From IMG/VR virus record IMGVR_UViG_3300045988_185315: a DNA stretch of 64,000 bases. The stretch is one strand, 5' to 3'. The notes beneath the pieces were generated by a model. It was not told the DNA's origin. It saw only the letters and a list, made by a program, of their open reading frames with translations, and made no database searches. A program made the position numbers and the translations under genes. Source of the DNA: a virus. Shown here in pieces: positions 1 through 9,122 of the stretch; position 1 is the first letter of the stretch; every line of letters starts with the position of its first letter.

Positions 1-69
1 CGCACAACGACGACAGCATCGTCGTCCGCGTTCTCAAGCATATGCTTCAGCTCTTTTACCGTCACCGTG

Positions 70-366
70 TCACCTCCCGTTCAACACATCATCCAGTGCC
101 TGCAAGAAAACTCTGGATTCCTCATTGATTCCGCCGCGACACAGAACTTTCGCAATATCATCAAATCCTACCAGGTACATATTTTCTTCACCCATATACC
201 CTTGCGGCCAGGGAACCGCATAGTAGTTGTGCGGAAAAGAACTTGTGTCATAGCCGACCACAATATATTTCTGGTCTGCAACATTTTTCACCGTCAGGAT
301 AGTCCCAAGCGGTAACGCGTCTTTCATGGAATGAGTAGTTGCAGGCATGATTCTCTGAATTTTCAA
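70..366 (-). CDS. hypothetical protein (98 aa)
   Basis: Intact minus-strand ORF with consensus promoter P1 just upstream (388-415); no recognisable motif. Confidence 0.5.
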   Translation of the reverse strand: MKIQRIMPATTHSMKDALPLGTILTVKNVADQKYIVVGYDTSSFPHNYYAVPWPQGYMGEENMYLVGFDDIAKVLCRGGINEESRVFLQALDDVLNGR

Positions 367-387
367 AACAGCACCTCCCTAATTTTC

Positions 388-415
388 ATTTTATGAGAGT
401 CGCACATTTGTGCAA
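388..415 (-). promoter_or_regulatory. sigma-70-like promoter of the conserved family (TTGCAC-N16-TAAAAT, spacer contains TGTGCGA)
   Basis: Reverse complement reads TTGCACaaatgtgcgactctcaTAAAAT; member of the family of about 19 similar sites. Confidence 0.5.
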
Positions 416-479
416 CAAAACTAAAAAACAAAAAAGCGGCCGCTCCAAAAGGAACGACCGCAAAGATACGAGTCAGATA

Positions 480-965
480 TTATTCATGGGAATCAGCTTT
501 CCTGAAATCAGAAAGTTGATTCTCAGTGGAACACTGCACGAAAGGAATTCCCTTGCGCGGATTCACAAAAACGTCTGTGGTAGCAAACGCATTGCTAAAA
601 CTCATGTCACAGAAGACGACGTGAGAACTTTCGTCACCAGATGCACGGGGTGCAAAGCTGGTACATGCAAACCAATCCAATTCATCCTGCCCCTGTTCAT
701 CATAAAGATAAATGACGGGAGCCGGAATGTTGGGCGTCGGCATAGCCAGTGAGCCAACCTGCATTTCATTGACACAGAGGTCAATGGGCGGGTTCCCGTT
801 CTGATAATCCCATTTGGGGTATGACTGAGCCCTGATGGTGGTGTCGCCATCATCTACCTCGATGCCAAGAGCAGCGATATCGAATGGAATACCGAGCTTT
901 TCCTTGATTTCTTCCGGGGTGAAAGTTAGGAGCTTACCGTGTTCGCCTTGGATGTAGAGTTTCAT
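480..965 (-). CDS. hypothetical protein (161 aa)
   Basis: Long ORF in the co-directional minus-strand gene array. Confidence 0.55.
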   Translation of the reverse strand: MKLYIQGEHGKLLTFTPEEIKEKLGIPFDIAALGIEVDDGDTTIRAQSYPKWDYQNGNPPIDLCVNEMQVGSLAMPTPNIPAPVIYLYDEQGQDELDWFACTSFAPRASGDESSHVVFCDMSFSNAFATTDVFVNPRKGIPFVQCSTENQLSDFRKADSHE

Positions 966-968
966 GGC

Positions 969-1541
969 TTACTTTTCCTCCTTTTTCTTGTCGGCGTTCA
1001 GAATCTTTTCCAGAACGTCGTTATAAAAATCGTCAAGGAACAGACCGGTTTCTTCATCCGCTTCCGGAGCAGTGAAAACACCGTCTCCTTCAGCTGAATC
1101 CTGTACAGCGTCGAAGACACCGATTGCGCCCCGAAGTTCATCGGCCAGAAGGTCATAGCCGAGGTCCTTCACTTTTGCCGACAAGTCAATCAGCAGCATT
1201 TTCTGCCGAAAGAACTCGTTCATATTCAAGCCAATGTAGGGTTTTGCTGCGGTATTGCTTTTCTGAGACTTTACTTTGAAAATACCCCAGTCAAAATTGC
1301 TGTCTGCGCCGTACATATACCCGGATGCGAGGCAGAAACCTTCAGCAGCACTGTCCTCAACGTTGATACCGACTTCATAATCGATGCCGGAATCTTCATC
1401 CAGGTTAATCGCAGAGCCTGTTGCCTTTTCGTACTCTGCCTCAATGTCAGCTTTCATGGCTGCCAGCAGGGCGTTGAAATCGGTGTTCTGGGAAAGCAGA
1501 TTCATGTTTTCGCCTTCCTGGTTTTTAATGAGAATGTACAT
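969..1541 (-). CDS. hypothetical acidic protein (190 aa)
   Basis: Long ORF; stop-to-start spacing with the neighbour is 3 nt. Confidence 0.55.
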   Translation of the reverse strand: MYILIKNQEGENMNLLSQNTDFNALLAAMKADIEAEYEKATGSAINLDEDSGIDYEVGINVEDSAAEGFCLASGYMYGADSNFDWGIFKVKSQKSNTAAKPYIGLNMNEFFRQKMLLIDLSAKVKDLGYDLLADELRGAIGVFDAVQDSAEGDGVFTAPEADEETGLFLDDFYNDVLEKILNADKKKEEK

Positions 1542-1560
1542 AGTATTTACCTCCTAACAA

Positions 1561-1842
1561 TCAAATCATGCTATCAGACAATTTGTCGATAGCTGCCGTG
1601 ATGGCTTCGTTTTCCATCTGAGCAATACGCTCAAACAGATGAGACCAGTCGATGGCATCATAGACACGCTTGACAAACGCATCATAGGTGCCACCGGCCT
1701 TCATCATTTCAATTTCAGACTCATAGCAGCCGGGCTCCTCAAGTATGAACTTGATATCGTCGGTTGGGTTGATTTGTATTGTTGCTTCGTACTCATTCAT
1801 TTTGATTACTTCCTTTCTTTTATACGCAAAAAGGCGAACCAC
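1561..1842 (-). CDS. hypothetical protein (93 aa)
   Basis: ORF preceded by an AAAGGAAG ribosome-binding site; promoter P2 upstream. Confidence 0.5.
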   Translation of the reverse strand: MVRLFAYKRKEVIKMNEYEATIQINPTDDIKFILEEPGCYESEIEMMKAGGTYDAFVKRVYDAIDWSHLFERIAQMENEAITAAIDKLSDSMI

Positions 1843-1925
1843 CCAAATGGGAAGTTCGCCTAAAGCGCATTGTTAAGTGTGCGAAGGGCAGGGTGCCTTT
1901 TCGATAACTGTTATCTATCGTACAT

Positions 1926-1956
1926 TTTTGATTATAGGCCGTTCGCATAAATCCGC
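1926..1956 (-). promoter_or_regulatory. promoter of the conserved family (TTGCGG-N16-TATAAT)
   Basis: Reverse complement TTGCGGatttatgcgaacggccTATAAT; upstream about 70 nt duplicated at 33938-34010. Confidence 0.5.
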
Positions 1957-1997
1957 AACAAAAAACCGCCACCCAAATGGGCAGCGGTAATGAAAAA

Positions 1998-2282
1998 TTA
2001 AATTTCAGCGCAGAACATCGCGAGTTTCTGCCACAGCAAATAGGTGCTGTATCTCATGCGTACCTTTTCAGGAACGCCAGTAACCAAACACCATTTGTGA
2101 GCAGTGGCTTTGATGCGGGGAATCTGCCTCTGTTCGGCTTCGGTAAACGTCTTGCTGTATAGTCTGCGACGGCGTCCGGAATTCCAAAAGGCTCCTTCCA
2201 TCGTTTCGCAAATCAGAGCGTACGCCAAATAGCTTTGGGCTTCTTCGTGAGTCAATGTAACCATCGTTTTCATGGCTGTCAC
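1998..2282 (-). CDS. hypothetical protein (94 aa)
   Basis: ORF in the array; overlaps the next gene by 4 nt (coupled). Confidence 0.45.
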   Translation of the reverse strand: MTAMKTMVTLTHEEAQSYLAYALICETMEGAFWNSGRRRRLYSKTFTEAEQRQIPRIKATAHKWCLVTGVPEKVRMRYSTYLLWQKLAMFCAEI

Positions 2283-2854
2283 CCTGCCTTTCTCTCATTG
2301 CGAGCCATATGCAGCGCATAATCAAGCGCGTCAGGGTCATCGGCCAAGAATTTCGTTTTCTGAAGTGTACCAAGCTTGGGATGCTTCAGAATCGTATAGT
2401 TGCCATTGTTCTGGACAAGGGAACCTTTATCATAGACAAGCTCGACCTTTTCGGCAGGTACTGCGTAACGGCGAATGCGGTCACATTCATCCGCATAGTT
2501 GATGGGAGTGATATAGCCAACTGGATTTTGTCCTTCCATCCCTGTCACGGTGACCAGAAAAGCCTTAATGGTCCGGGCTTCTTCCTCTTCCTGCTCATCA
2601 TAGTATTTGAACGTGATGAACATGGGAGTATCTTTCTTGTACGCATCTTCCTCAGGGCAGAGATACGTTCCACAAGAGCGGCAGAGCCAGAGCATCGATA
2701 CGGGCTTTCCAGTTTCCTGCGCTTCTTTTGCATAGCGCTTAAAAATCTTTATGTCCAGCTTGAAATCCTCGGTGTAATGCTCAACCGTGCTTTTCACGAT
2801 GAGTTTCAGAAAATTACAGATGGAAATAGCGGTCATAGTCATATTGGAAGTCAT
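2279..2854 (-). CDS. hypothetical protein (191 aa), Cys-containing
   Basis: Long ORF. Confidence 0.5.
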   Translation of the reverse strand: MTSNMTMTAISICNFLKLIVKSTVEHYTEDFKLDIKIFKRYAKEAQETGKPVSMLWLCRSCGTYLCPEEDAYKKDTPMFITFKYYDEQEEEEARTIKAFLVTVTGMEGQNPVGYITPINYADECDRIRRYAVPAEKVELVYDKGSLVQNNGNYTILKHPKLGTLQKTKFLADDPDALDYALHMARNERKAG

Positions 2855-2871
2855 AATAAAAATCTCCTTTT

Positions 2872-3891
2872 TTAGTCAGCCATGACCTTGGAAACATTCA
2901 TGTCATAGCGGTTAAATTTAGAAATATAGTCAAAAATGGTATTTACTTGAGCTTTTGTTGCGGTTTTGGTCTCATCCATATCGAGGAATGTATTGCCCAT
3001 CGAAGGATTACGAATGGCAATCCAACCGCGTTTATATAGGAAATCGAGACCCTTGCCGCTCCAGTCATACGCCATATTGAGAACTTCATGGTCAGAAAGA
3101 CCAAACGTTTCTCGATTGCGCATGATGATGCGGCCAGCCAGGGCAGCGTGCTCGCCAAACTCGCAGGCATACCAGGTGCCATCGGGAGCAATCAGACCAT
3201 ATTCGGTCAGCTGATGCTGAATGGGTCTATCACTGATATAGCTGTTGTACAGTCGCTGACGGCGTTCAACGGATGTGCCTTTCATGTTTGCTTCAATCCA
3301 AGAGGCAAGCTTGGTCCAAAAATCGGTTTTGTAGAATTCCGGGTTGGATTCCTGCTCAGGAAGCGGTTCGCCGTTGAATTCTGCCACAAGGTCAGGACGG
3401 TTGAGCAGCCACGCACCATTGTTAAAGGCATCGGGGTAACCCGCATCGCCAATAACATAGTCCTTGATGCTGTCATAGCTATAATCGATATAATGACGCT
3501 CTACATCCTTACAAAGCGTATCATAATCGAATGACATAGCGAAACGGTCGATGTACTTGAGTGGATGCACAATCATATCCTCACGAATCTGACTGACCAG
3601 CATCTTGTGTTGAAGCTCCTCAACCTTCTGCCCGAGGGAACGAACATGAACATTGTCATCGACAAGTTCAAGCTCATTGACACCAACAAGTTTTTTCCGG
3701 CCTTCGATAATGTCCTGGCAAACATACCTTTTTTCTTCCTCGTTGCCACCCATCATGCAGGAGAGCAGCAGCTCCTCACACTTTTTATACGGCTTGTCCA
3801 TGTTCCAGAACCAGTCACGTGCAATGGCGGTGAGGAACTCACCATCCATACTGAAATGTAGTTGTTCACCCATGTTGGGTAACCTCCCCAA
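2872..3891 (-). CDS. hypothetical protein (339 aa)
   Basis: Long ORF, no recognisable motif. Confidence 0.55.
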   Translation of the reverse strand: MGRLPNMGEQLHFSMDGEFLTAIARDWFWNMDKPYKKCEELLLSCMMGGNEEEKRYVCQDIIEGRKKLVGVNELELVDDNVHVRSLGQKVEELQHKMLVSQIREDMIVHPLKYIDRFAMSFDYDTLCKDVERHYIDYSYDSIKDYVIGDAGYPDAFNNGAWLLNRPDLVAEFNGEPLPEQESNPEFYKTDFWTKLASWIEANMKGTSVERRQRLYNSYISDRPIQHQLTEYGLIAPDGTWYACEFGEHAALAGRIIMRNRETFGLSDHEVLNMAYDWSGKGLDFLYKRGWIAIRNPSMGNTFLDMDETKTATKAQVNTIFDYISKFNRYDMNVSKVMAD

Positions 3892-3894
3892 TTG

Positions 3895-4422
3895 TTATGT
3901 GTTGTTCTCGACAAAGTCTTCGCATTCCTCGCTGGTCAAAACCACGCCGAAATAGGCAACACGCTTGACGGTGGTTTCCCACACGCGAACGGTGCGTGCC
4001 ATTGGCTGAACGACCCAGGAATGACAGCGCCAGAGCCCGTCTTCGGAAAGAGCATAGCCCGTTGCAATAAAGCACTGGTCTTTGTTTTTATACCAAAGCC
4101 GTGCAGAATTGTAATGGCACTGGCAATCCTGGCCTTTCCTCATATAGCTGCTGCCATAAAAGAACCGGCCGCGTTTGAGGATTTTTGGGGCGTCTTCGTC
4201 AAATTCCGTCATGCAGACTTCATCCCCGCCAAATGTGAGGATTTTGTCATGCAGCTTCTTCATAGCATCGAGCGTTTGAGTATCGAAACCAGAAGAGGTG
4301 TTGTAAATCTGGCTTTTGGTAAGCCGCATTTTCCAATCCTCGTTCATTGGGTTCCAATGAATCGGCGCAGGCATCTGGTTTGCGGTGAGAATGAGGTGCT
4401 TAGAACTATTCCAGCCTTTCAT
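3895..4422 (-). CDS. hypothetical protein (175 aa)
   Basis: Long ORF. Confidence 0.5.
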   Translation of the reverse strand: MKGWNSSKHLILTANQMPAPIHWNPMNEDWKMRLTKSQIYNTSSGFDTQTLDAMKKLHDKILTFGGDEVCMTEFDEDAPKILKRGRFFYGSSYMRKGQDCQCHYNSARLWYKNKDQCFIATGYALSEDGLWRCHSWVVQPMARTVRVWETTVKRVAYFGVVLTSEECEDFVENNT

Positions 4423-5003
4423 GACAATTCCTCCCTGATAGAACGCAGACAGCTCAGGATTTTTGCATACAAACGGTAACGATTTTCGCCGCTCGGTACA
4501 AAGTCACCAAGCTTTTTGGAAATGAGAAGTTTATCAAATACCTCCATAATATCAAAGACGGTGAACAGCTTGTATTGTGCATTTATATGATTCACACGGA
4601 ACTCGACATCTTCGACAAGATGCCAATATTCCATGCCATACAACATCGCGCCGCTTTCGTTTGCTTTTCGGTCTTGCTCCTCGTCTGCATCGTCACACAC
4701 AATATAGACACCGTTTTCGTCGAGATAGTTTTCGAAGACGTCGCAGATATCGGAGGCAACAGAACGGATATCGGAATTTGCCTTCACCTCAGGTTCAGGC
4801 TGGGCGGCTTCAACTTTGTACTCGATACTGTCGTGACGAAGTGACTCTTCGATGCCATTAAAAACGATGTCCGCGCAGTCGTTATCATCCCGACACGCTT
4901 CGAAAATGTTTTTAACGGATTCGATTGCCTCTTTGGAATCGGAGTTTCCCTCAACAGAGAACTCCAAAGGAACCAAGGCAACAACTTTGTATTTATTCTT
5001 CAT
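4419..5003 (-). CDS. hypothetical protein (194 aa)
   Basis: Long ORF with a 4-nt overlap to the downstream gene. Confidence 0.5.
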   Translation of the reverse strand: MKNKYKVVALVPLEFSVEGNSDSKEAIESVKNIFEACRDDNDCADIVFNGIEESLRHDSIEYKVEAAQPEPEVKANSDIRSVASDICDVFENYLDENGVYIVCDDADEEQDRKANESGAMLYGMEYWHLVEDVEFRVNHINAQYKLFTVFDIMEVFDKLLISKKLGDFVPSGENRYRLYAKILSCLRSIREELS

Positions 5004-5213
5004 GATTTTTTCTCCTTAGTTTAACAGGATGCCGCAGCATTTGTTCAAGGCAAGTGCGCTTGCAGCGAGAACAGCAACCTTCTCAAAGGTAATGCTCTCC
5101 GCAATTGCACAGACGCTCATAACAATGAGCAGAACAGCTGCCACAGCAGATACTATTACTATCTGACTCTTGATGCCGGTTTTCATGAGCTTTTTCTCTT
5201 TCTGTTTATGCCC

Positions 5214-5549
5214 TTATCGGAGCATATCAATGATTTTTCCAACCAACTCATCATTGGTCACGAACAGATTACGTCCTTTTGCACCGAGCGATACAGAGGA
5301 GTAATCTTTCATACTGGCGGCATAGCGAACCAGGTTCTTGTCAGACAAGGGCTGATAGCAACTCTTTTCAGTGCTGACGTAAACGCACTTATTGTTGAGA
5401 ACGTTCTGAATGTGGCCAGAGCAGCCAACACGCTTACCGTTGATGATGATGTTGTGTAGGTTATGGGTTAGCATAAGGTCTTTGCTTTCGGCTTCTTTTA
5501 CCTTTAACTGGTTCAAGAGTTTTCGGGACAGATAAACGGTTGTTTTCAT
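5214..5549 (-). CDS. hypothetical protein (111 aa)
   Basis: ORF. Confidence 0.45.
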   Translation of the reverse strand: MKTTVYLSRKLLNQLKVKEAESKDLMLTHNLHNIIINGKRVGCSGHIQNVLNNKCVYVSTEKSCYQPLSDKNLVRYAASMKDYSSVSLGAKGRNLFVTNDELVGKIIDMLR

Positions 5550-5566
5550 TGTGATTTCCTCCTAAT

Positions 5567-6361
5567 TCAAATGAAGTATTTGTAAGCGGCAGTTAAGCGT
5601 TTGCGGTACAGGTCTAACGTGGTCAGCCCTCCTGCATAGACTTTGCGGGAAGAGATTATCACGTTGGTTCCTGCTTCCATATGGGAGAAGAACATCGAAA
5701 GGCAATCTTCCAGGCTGTCGCTTGTAGTGAGAGTTTCGTACACCGGATATGAGTATTTGGCGGCCTTGCTGTATGTGCTATTGAGCTCATACACGAAGAA
5801 CATCACCTGTCCCGTAACGGTGTTGGGGTCATAGCCATTGTCATAACACCAGTTGAAAAGGTCTGTCTTTCGGCTATAAGTCCATTGCAGGAGCCCATAG
5901 CCGCCATCCGAAGGGTTTTCGGCCGAGGCTTTAAGACCGCTTTCCATCGACATGCAGCCCATCACTGCGGCAGTACCGGCCTTGGAAAGACCCACATCCC
6001 GCAATGCTGTGTAGATGGCGTACTCATTGTCAGAAAGGTTCTGAGGAATCGTGTTCGTCACAGGTTCTTCTGCAGGTTCCACCGCAGTCTCTGCCGTCTC
6101 TACAGAGGGCTCAGATTCAGGCTCCGTCTCAGTCGTTTCCGGTTCAGGTACAGGCAGTACCGGCGCGAAAGGCGGCTGAGCGTTGAGCTCCCGAAGATGG
6201 ACCTCCAACGGCGTGACATACTCGATATCGGAATCGTTAGCTGTCTTTACCGGCGTAGCATACGCAGGCGTCGAGAAAAAGCAGGCTATGCAGCTGATAA
6301 TGGTGATAAGGCTGAGCATGAAAGCGATGGTTCCGGCATAGAATTTCAATTTGTCGTTCAT
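5567..6361 (-). CDS. membrane-anchored lysozyme-like cell-wall hydrolase (phage tail-lysozyme-like GYGLLQWT motif)
   Basis: Start moved to the ATG at 6361 with an AAAGGAG site 8 nt upstream. N-terminal transmembrane helix, Pro/Glu-rich linker, C-terminal domain with GYGLLQWTYSRK motif typical of phage lysozyme-like domains. Confidence 0.55.
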   Translation of the reverse strand: MNDKLKFYAGTIAFMLSLITIISCIACFFSTPAYATPVKTANDSDIEYVTPLEVHLRELNAQPPFAPVLPVPEPETTETEPESEPSVETAETAVEPAEEPVTNTIPQNLSDNEYAIYTALRDVGLSKAGTAAVMGCMSMESGLKASAENPSDGGYGLLQWTYSRKTDLFNWCYDNGYDPNTVTGQVMFFVYELNSTYSKAAKYSYPVYETLTTSDSLEDCLSMFFSHMEAGTNVIISSRKVYAGGLTTLDLYRKRLTAAYKYFI

Positions 6362-6443
6362 TGTGATTACTCCTTTAAATAAAGTTCCCGCCGACAATAA
6401 CTGTCTGGCGGGATGTGATAGATGTTCGGTTGTTGGAAAAACT

Positions 6444-6641
6444 TCATGCTTCACGAACTACGATGGCGGTATATCCGCTGTTGGCAAGATACCGATATGC
6501 TGCATCATAGGCGTCGCTGAGCGTTGGGGCTTTAACATACCCGATAAAATCGGAGCAGATAACCATGCCGGAAAAACCTGGGTTACCGGCATAGATGGCG
6601 AAGCGGGTGTTTTTCGGAGTAAAATGTTTGAAAATAGACAT
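6444..6641 (-). CDS. hypothetical small protein (65 aa)
   Basis: ORF with a strong AAGGAGG site 7 nt upstream. Confidence 0.5.
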   Translation of the reverse strand: MSIFKHFTPKNTRFAIYAGNPGFSGMVICSDFIGYVKAPTLSDAYDAAYRYLANSGYTAIVVREA

Positions 6642-6695
6642 AGCGGACCTCCTTATCAGTCGCTGTTAAAATGGGTGGATGACGGCTTCCTGAAA

Positions 6696-6730
6696 ACAAA
6701 AAAGGCAGGCCCATCATGAAGATGAGTCTG
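6696..6730 (-). terminator. intrinsic terminator (ggcaggccc…gagtctgcc hairpin + T-run on minus strand)
   Basis: Hairpin followed by TTTTTTGTTTT on the minus strand; same hairpin sequence recurs at 7420, 8432 and 33897. Confidence 0.5.
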
Positions 6731-6856
6731 CCTTAAATGAGAACAGAATTATGAATTGTACGAGCACGCGGTGTGCCAAGTAGATGTTATCTGTCGTACA
6801 ACTTTAATACTATGGAATTCGCAAGGATGTGCAAGAGCTTTTGATGTGCTTCTTTT

Positions 6857-7396
6857 TCAGGCTTCGTTAAGCCATTTCTGAGTGATATCCATGATTTGAT
6901 TCTGAAATTCCGGGTCCGGCAAGGTTTTGCTGTCTGCCCAAATTGAGTTACGGACGATTGGGTAATTGTATACAACACCGTCAACGATATAGGGCCAAAG
7001 CACCACTTCGCCGCCCACAAGCCAAAGTTTCTGGATTTTGACGGGTTTCTCGTATCTTGTGAGCCAGCATTCACTGGTCACGACAGAATCCGCCACATAT
7101 TTCTGTGTTTCTTTCTCGGTCAAGAGATTCGGGTCTTCGTCCTTGATGTTGTACATTCGGACAATGAACGGTAACGGCATGTCCTTGGAGTATTTTTTGT
7201 TCTGACGCAGCTCAGCGAGCAGGAATTTTGAGACAAAATGCGCAATGCCGATGCTGGTCAGGCAGTCGTCAAGGGTATGCCCAAGACAAATTCTTGGGAT
7301 TTCCTGGTCCTCCCCTTTCATCCGATTCGTTGGTATCTGCGGAACAACATCGTCCGGCAGGCATCCGGTGTCTGCCATGATATGATAAAGAATCAT
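6857..7396 (-). CDS. hypothetical protein (179 aa)
   Basis: Start set at the ATG at 7396 preceded by an AGGAGG site; the upstream part of the track ORF overlaps the terminator/promoter region. Confidence 0.5.
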   Translation of the reverse strand: MILYHIMADTGCLPDDVVPQIPTNRMKGEDQEIPRICLGHTLDDCLTSIGIAHFVSKFLLAELRQNKKYSKDMPLPFIVRMYNIKDEDPNLLTEKETQKYVADSVVTSECWLTRYEKPVKIQKLWLVGGEVVLWPYIVDGVVYNYPIVRNSIWADSKTLPDPEFQNQIMDITQKWLNEA

Positions 7397-7549
7397 TGAT
7401 GTTTCCTCCTGAAATAAAAAAAATAGCAGGCCCTCAAGAATCGAGAGTCTGCGTTGTTCGCACGATGAATCATTCATTCGAGTGTGTTTTTATCGTGTAG
7501 TTGATATTTTGTTTGGCTTGTACACGTAGCCAGCCCAAACAGACATCGT

Positions 7550-8032
7550 TCAGAACGTCTTGTTATCGGGAATCCGCAGATACATCCAGGACTGTGGTGC
7601 TCGCTTAACGCCGAGCTCTCGCAGCGACATATCCATAGATTGGACATCAGAAACGTTCCAGCAATAAAGAGTGCCGGACTTATTGCCGTATGCAATCAGC
7701 TCATTTGCGGTAAGGCAGCTGTCCTTCACGAATTGAGCGGTCTTTTCGGTCACTTCCGTGCCAATAGCATATGCCGGAAGCTCACGCAGGCAATCGAGTG
7801 TATTGATGTCACGGCAAACAAATGCGGCAGTCACTTTTCCAGCACCACCGTTAGCTTTGGTTTCGTAGCAAAATACTACAAAAGGATAGCTAATTTCCCA
7901 CGGCATAGTTTTTCGGACCTCAATAGTCTTTTCTCCGCTCAGAATTTTTTCAAGCCATTGCTTCTTGATGCTGAGAAGAACGGCTTTATTCGAGTTGATT
8001 TCAAGGGCTTTATTGATATTTGAATTAAGCAT
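7550..8032 (-). CDS. ASCH-domain-like protein (160 aa)
   Basis: SIKKQWLEKILSGEKTIEVRK resembles the ASCH-domain N-terminal signature; assignment from motif memory only. Confidence 0.45.
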   Translation of the reverse strand: MLNSNINKALEINSNKAVLLSIKKQWLEKILSGEKTIEVRKTMPWEISYPFVVFCYETKANGGAGKVTAAFVCRDINTLDCLRELPAYAIGTEVTEKTAQFVKDSCLTANELIAYGNKSGTLYCWNVSDVQSMDMSLRELGVKRAPQSWMYLRIPDNKTF

Positions 8033-8094
8033 TGTTATGCTCCTTTCACACTTCGGGTATTTTTTATTTTTGGTGGGATTTCTTACTGACGCAA

Positions 8095-8117
8095 GCCCAC
8101 GACTTTAGTCGTGGGTT
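8095..8117. repeat. orphan IS200/IS605-type hairpin CCCACGACTTTAGTCGTGGG
   Basis: Perfect palindrome identical in type to the hairpins next to both tnpB genes (14805, 23676, 25021) and at 11676. Confidence 0.6.
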
Positions 8118-8137
8118 ATTGACTTGTTTTTGGAGCG

Positions 8138-8428
8138 TCACCATTTATGGAACGGGTTCAAAAGTCCGGGACGGTATTCGTTATCGACATACATCTTGAT
8201 GTCGTTATCGTCCAGGGCATCCAAAATGTTCATCCAGCATTCCGCTTCGACGTGCATCTCGCCGTCCATTTTCAAGGCCCTGTCGCACTGAACTAAGTCT
8301 GCGCGAAAAGAATTCACATAGAAGCAATCTTTTGCGGCAGCCGCGAACCTGGTAAAGCTGTTCTTGGTATTTGTGGTCATAGTATTCATCCTTTCTGAAA
8401 TATTTTTGTTTCTAATCAATACATACAA
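8138..8428 (-). CDS. hypothetical protein (96 aa)
   Basis: ORF. Confidence 0.45.
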   Translation of the reverse strand: MYVLIRNKNISERMNTMTTNTKNSFTRFAAAAKDCFYVNSFRADLVQCDRALKMDGEMHVEAECWMNILDALDDNDIKMYVDNEYRPGLLNPFHKW

Positions 8429-8534
8429 AAAAAGAAGCAGGCCCTCAAAAGAGAGTCTGCTTACTTATGCATGACAGATTGTTAACTTAATGTTCAATTA
8501 GGAGGTAAGTGATGGTATCTGTTATGCAATTATT

Positions 8535-8565
8535 ATTTTAGGCGGTTCGCACATTTGTGCAAGTG
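8535..8565 (-). promoter_or_regulatory. promoter of the conserved family (TTGCAC-N16-TAAAAT)
   Basis: Reverse complement TTGCACaaatgtgcgaaccgccTAAAAT. Confidence 0.5.
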
Positions 8566-8571
8566 GCTTTT

Positions 8572-9111
8572 TTAGCTTCGTTTGTTTTTTGGCATCGCGT
8601 TGGTCCAGCCCTTAGATTTGTGTTTTTCAGAGCTGTCGCCTTTGAACATTTCGGATACTTTACTGCCATCGTCTTCCGCATGAGCAATATATTCAGCCGC
8701 AAGAATTTCATACTGTGCGCGGGAAATCCCGGTTTGCTCTGTAAAATTTATGAATTCATGTTCAAACGCCAAACTGAGTGTTATTAAGACGCGGTTGGCA
8801 AGTTCTTGCCGGAATTCATCAACGGTGCCATCAAATTTTATTGTGCTGTCGTCCTCATCATCATTTGTGAAATCATCAGCCGCAGCATTGACGGCGTCGC
8901 CAAAGAAAGTGGTCATCTCGTATGCCATATCCACAGGGCTGATATTCGGGATACCATTCTCATCTTTTTCGTTCGGTTTAACCTGAAGCAGTCCCTGTAT
9001 GATGCTATAGCGCATTAGCAGTACTGACATTGTGCTGGTAGGTTCGAAGTTTTCGATTTCTTTTTCGAGCATCTTTTGCTTGTTTGCGACAATTTTGTAG
9101 TTTGCTTTCAT
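8572..9111 (-). CDS. hypothetical acidic protein (179 aa)
   Basis: ORF. Confidence 0.5.
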   Translation of the reverse strand: MKANYKIVANKQKMLEKEIENFEPTSTMSVLLMRYSIIQGLLQVKPNEKDENGIPNISPVDMAYEMTTFFGDAVNAAADDFTNDDEDDSTIKFDGTVDEFRQELANRVLITLSLAFEHEFINFTEQTGISRAQYEILAAEYIAHAEDDGSKVSEMFKGDSSEKHKSKGWTNAMPKNKRS

Positions 9112-9122
9112 GTGAAACTCCT

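Noticed and set aside
393-752. 119-aa plus-strand ORF and other short plus-strand ORFs (for example 2309-2875, 3892-4479, 9243-9590, 50519-51406)
   Set aside because: Antisense to better-supported minus-strand genes, no ribosome-binding sites, composition typical of reverse-strand shadows.
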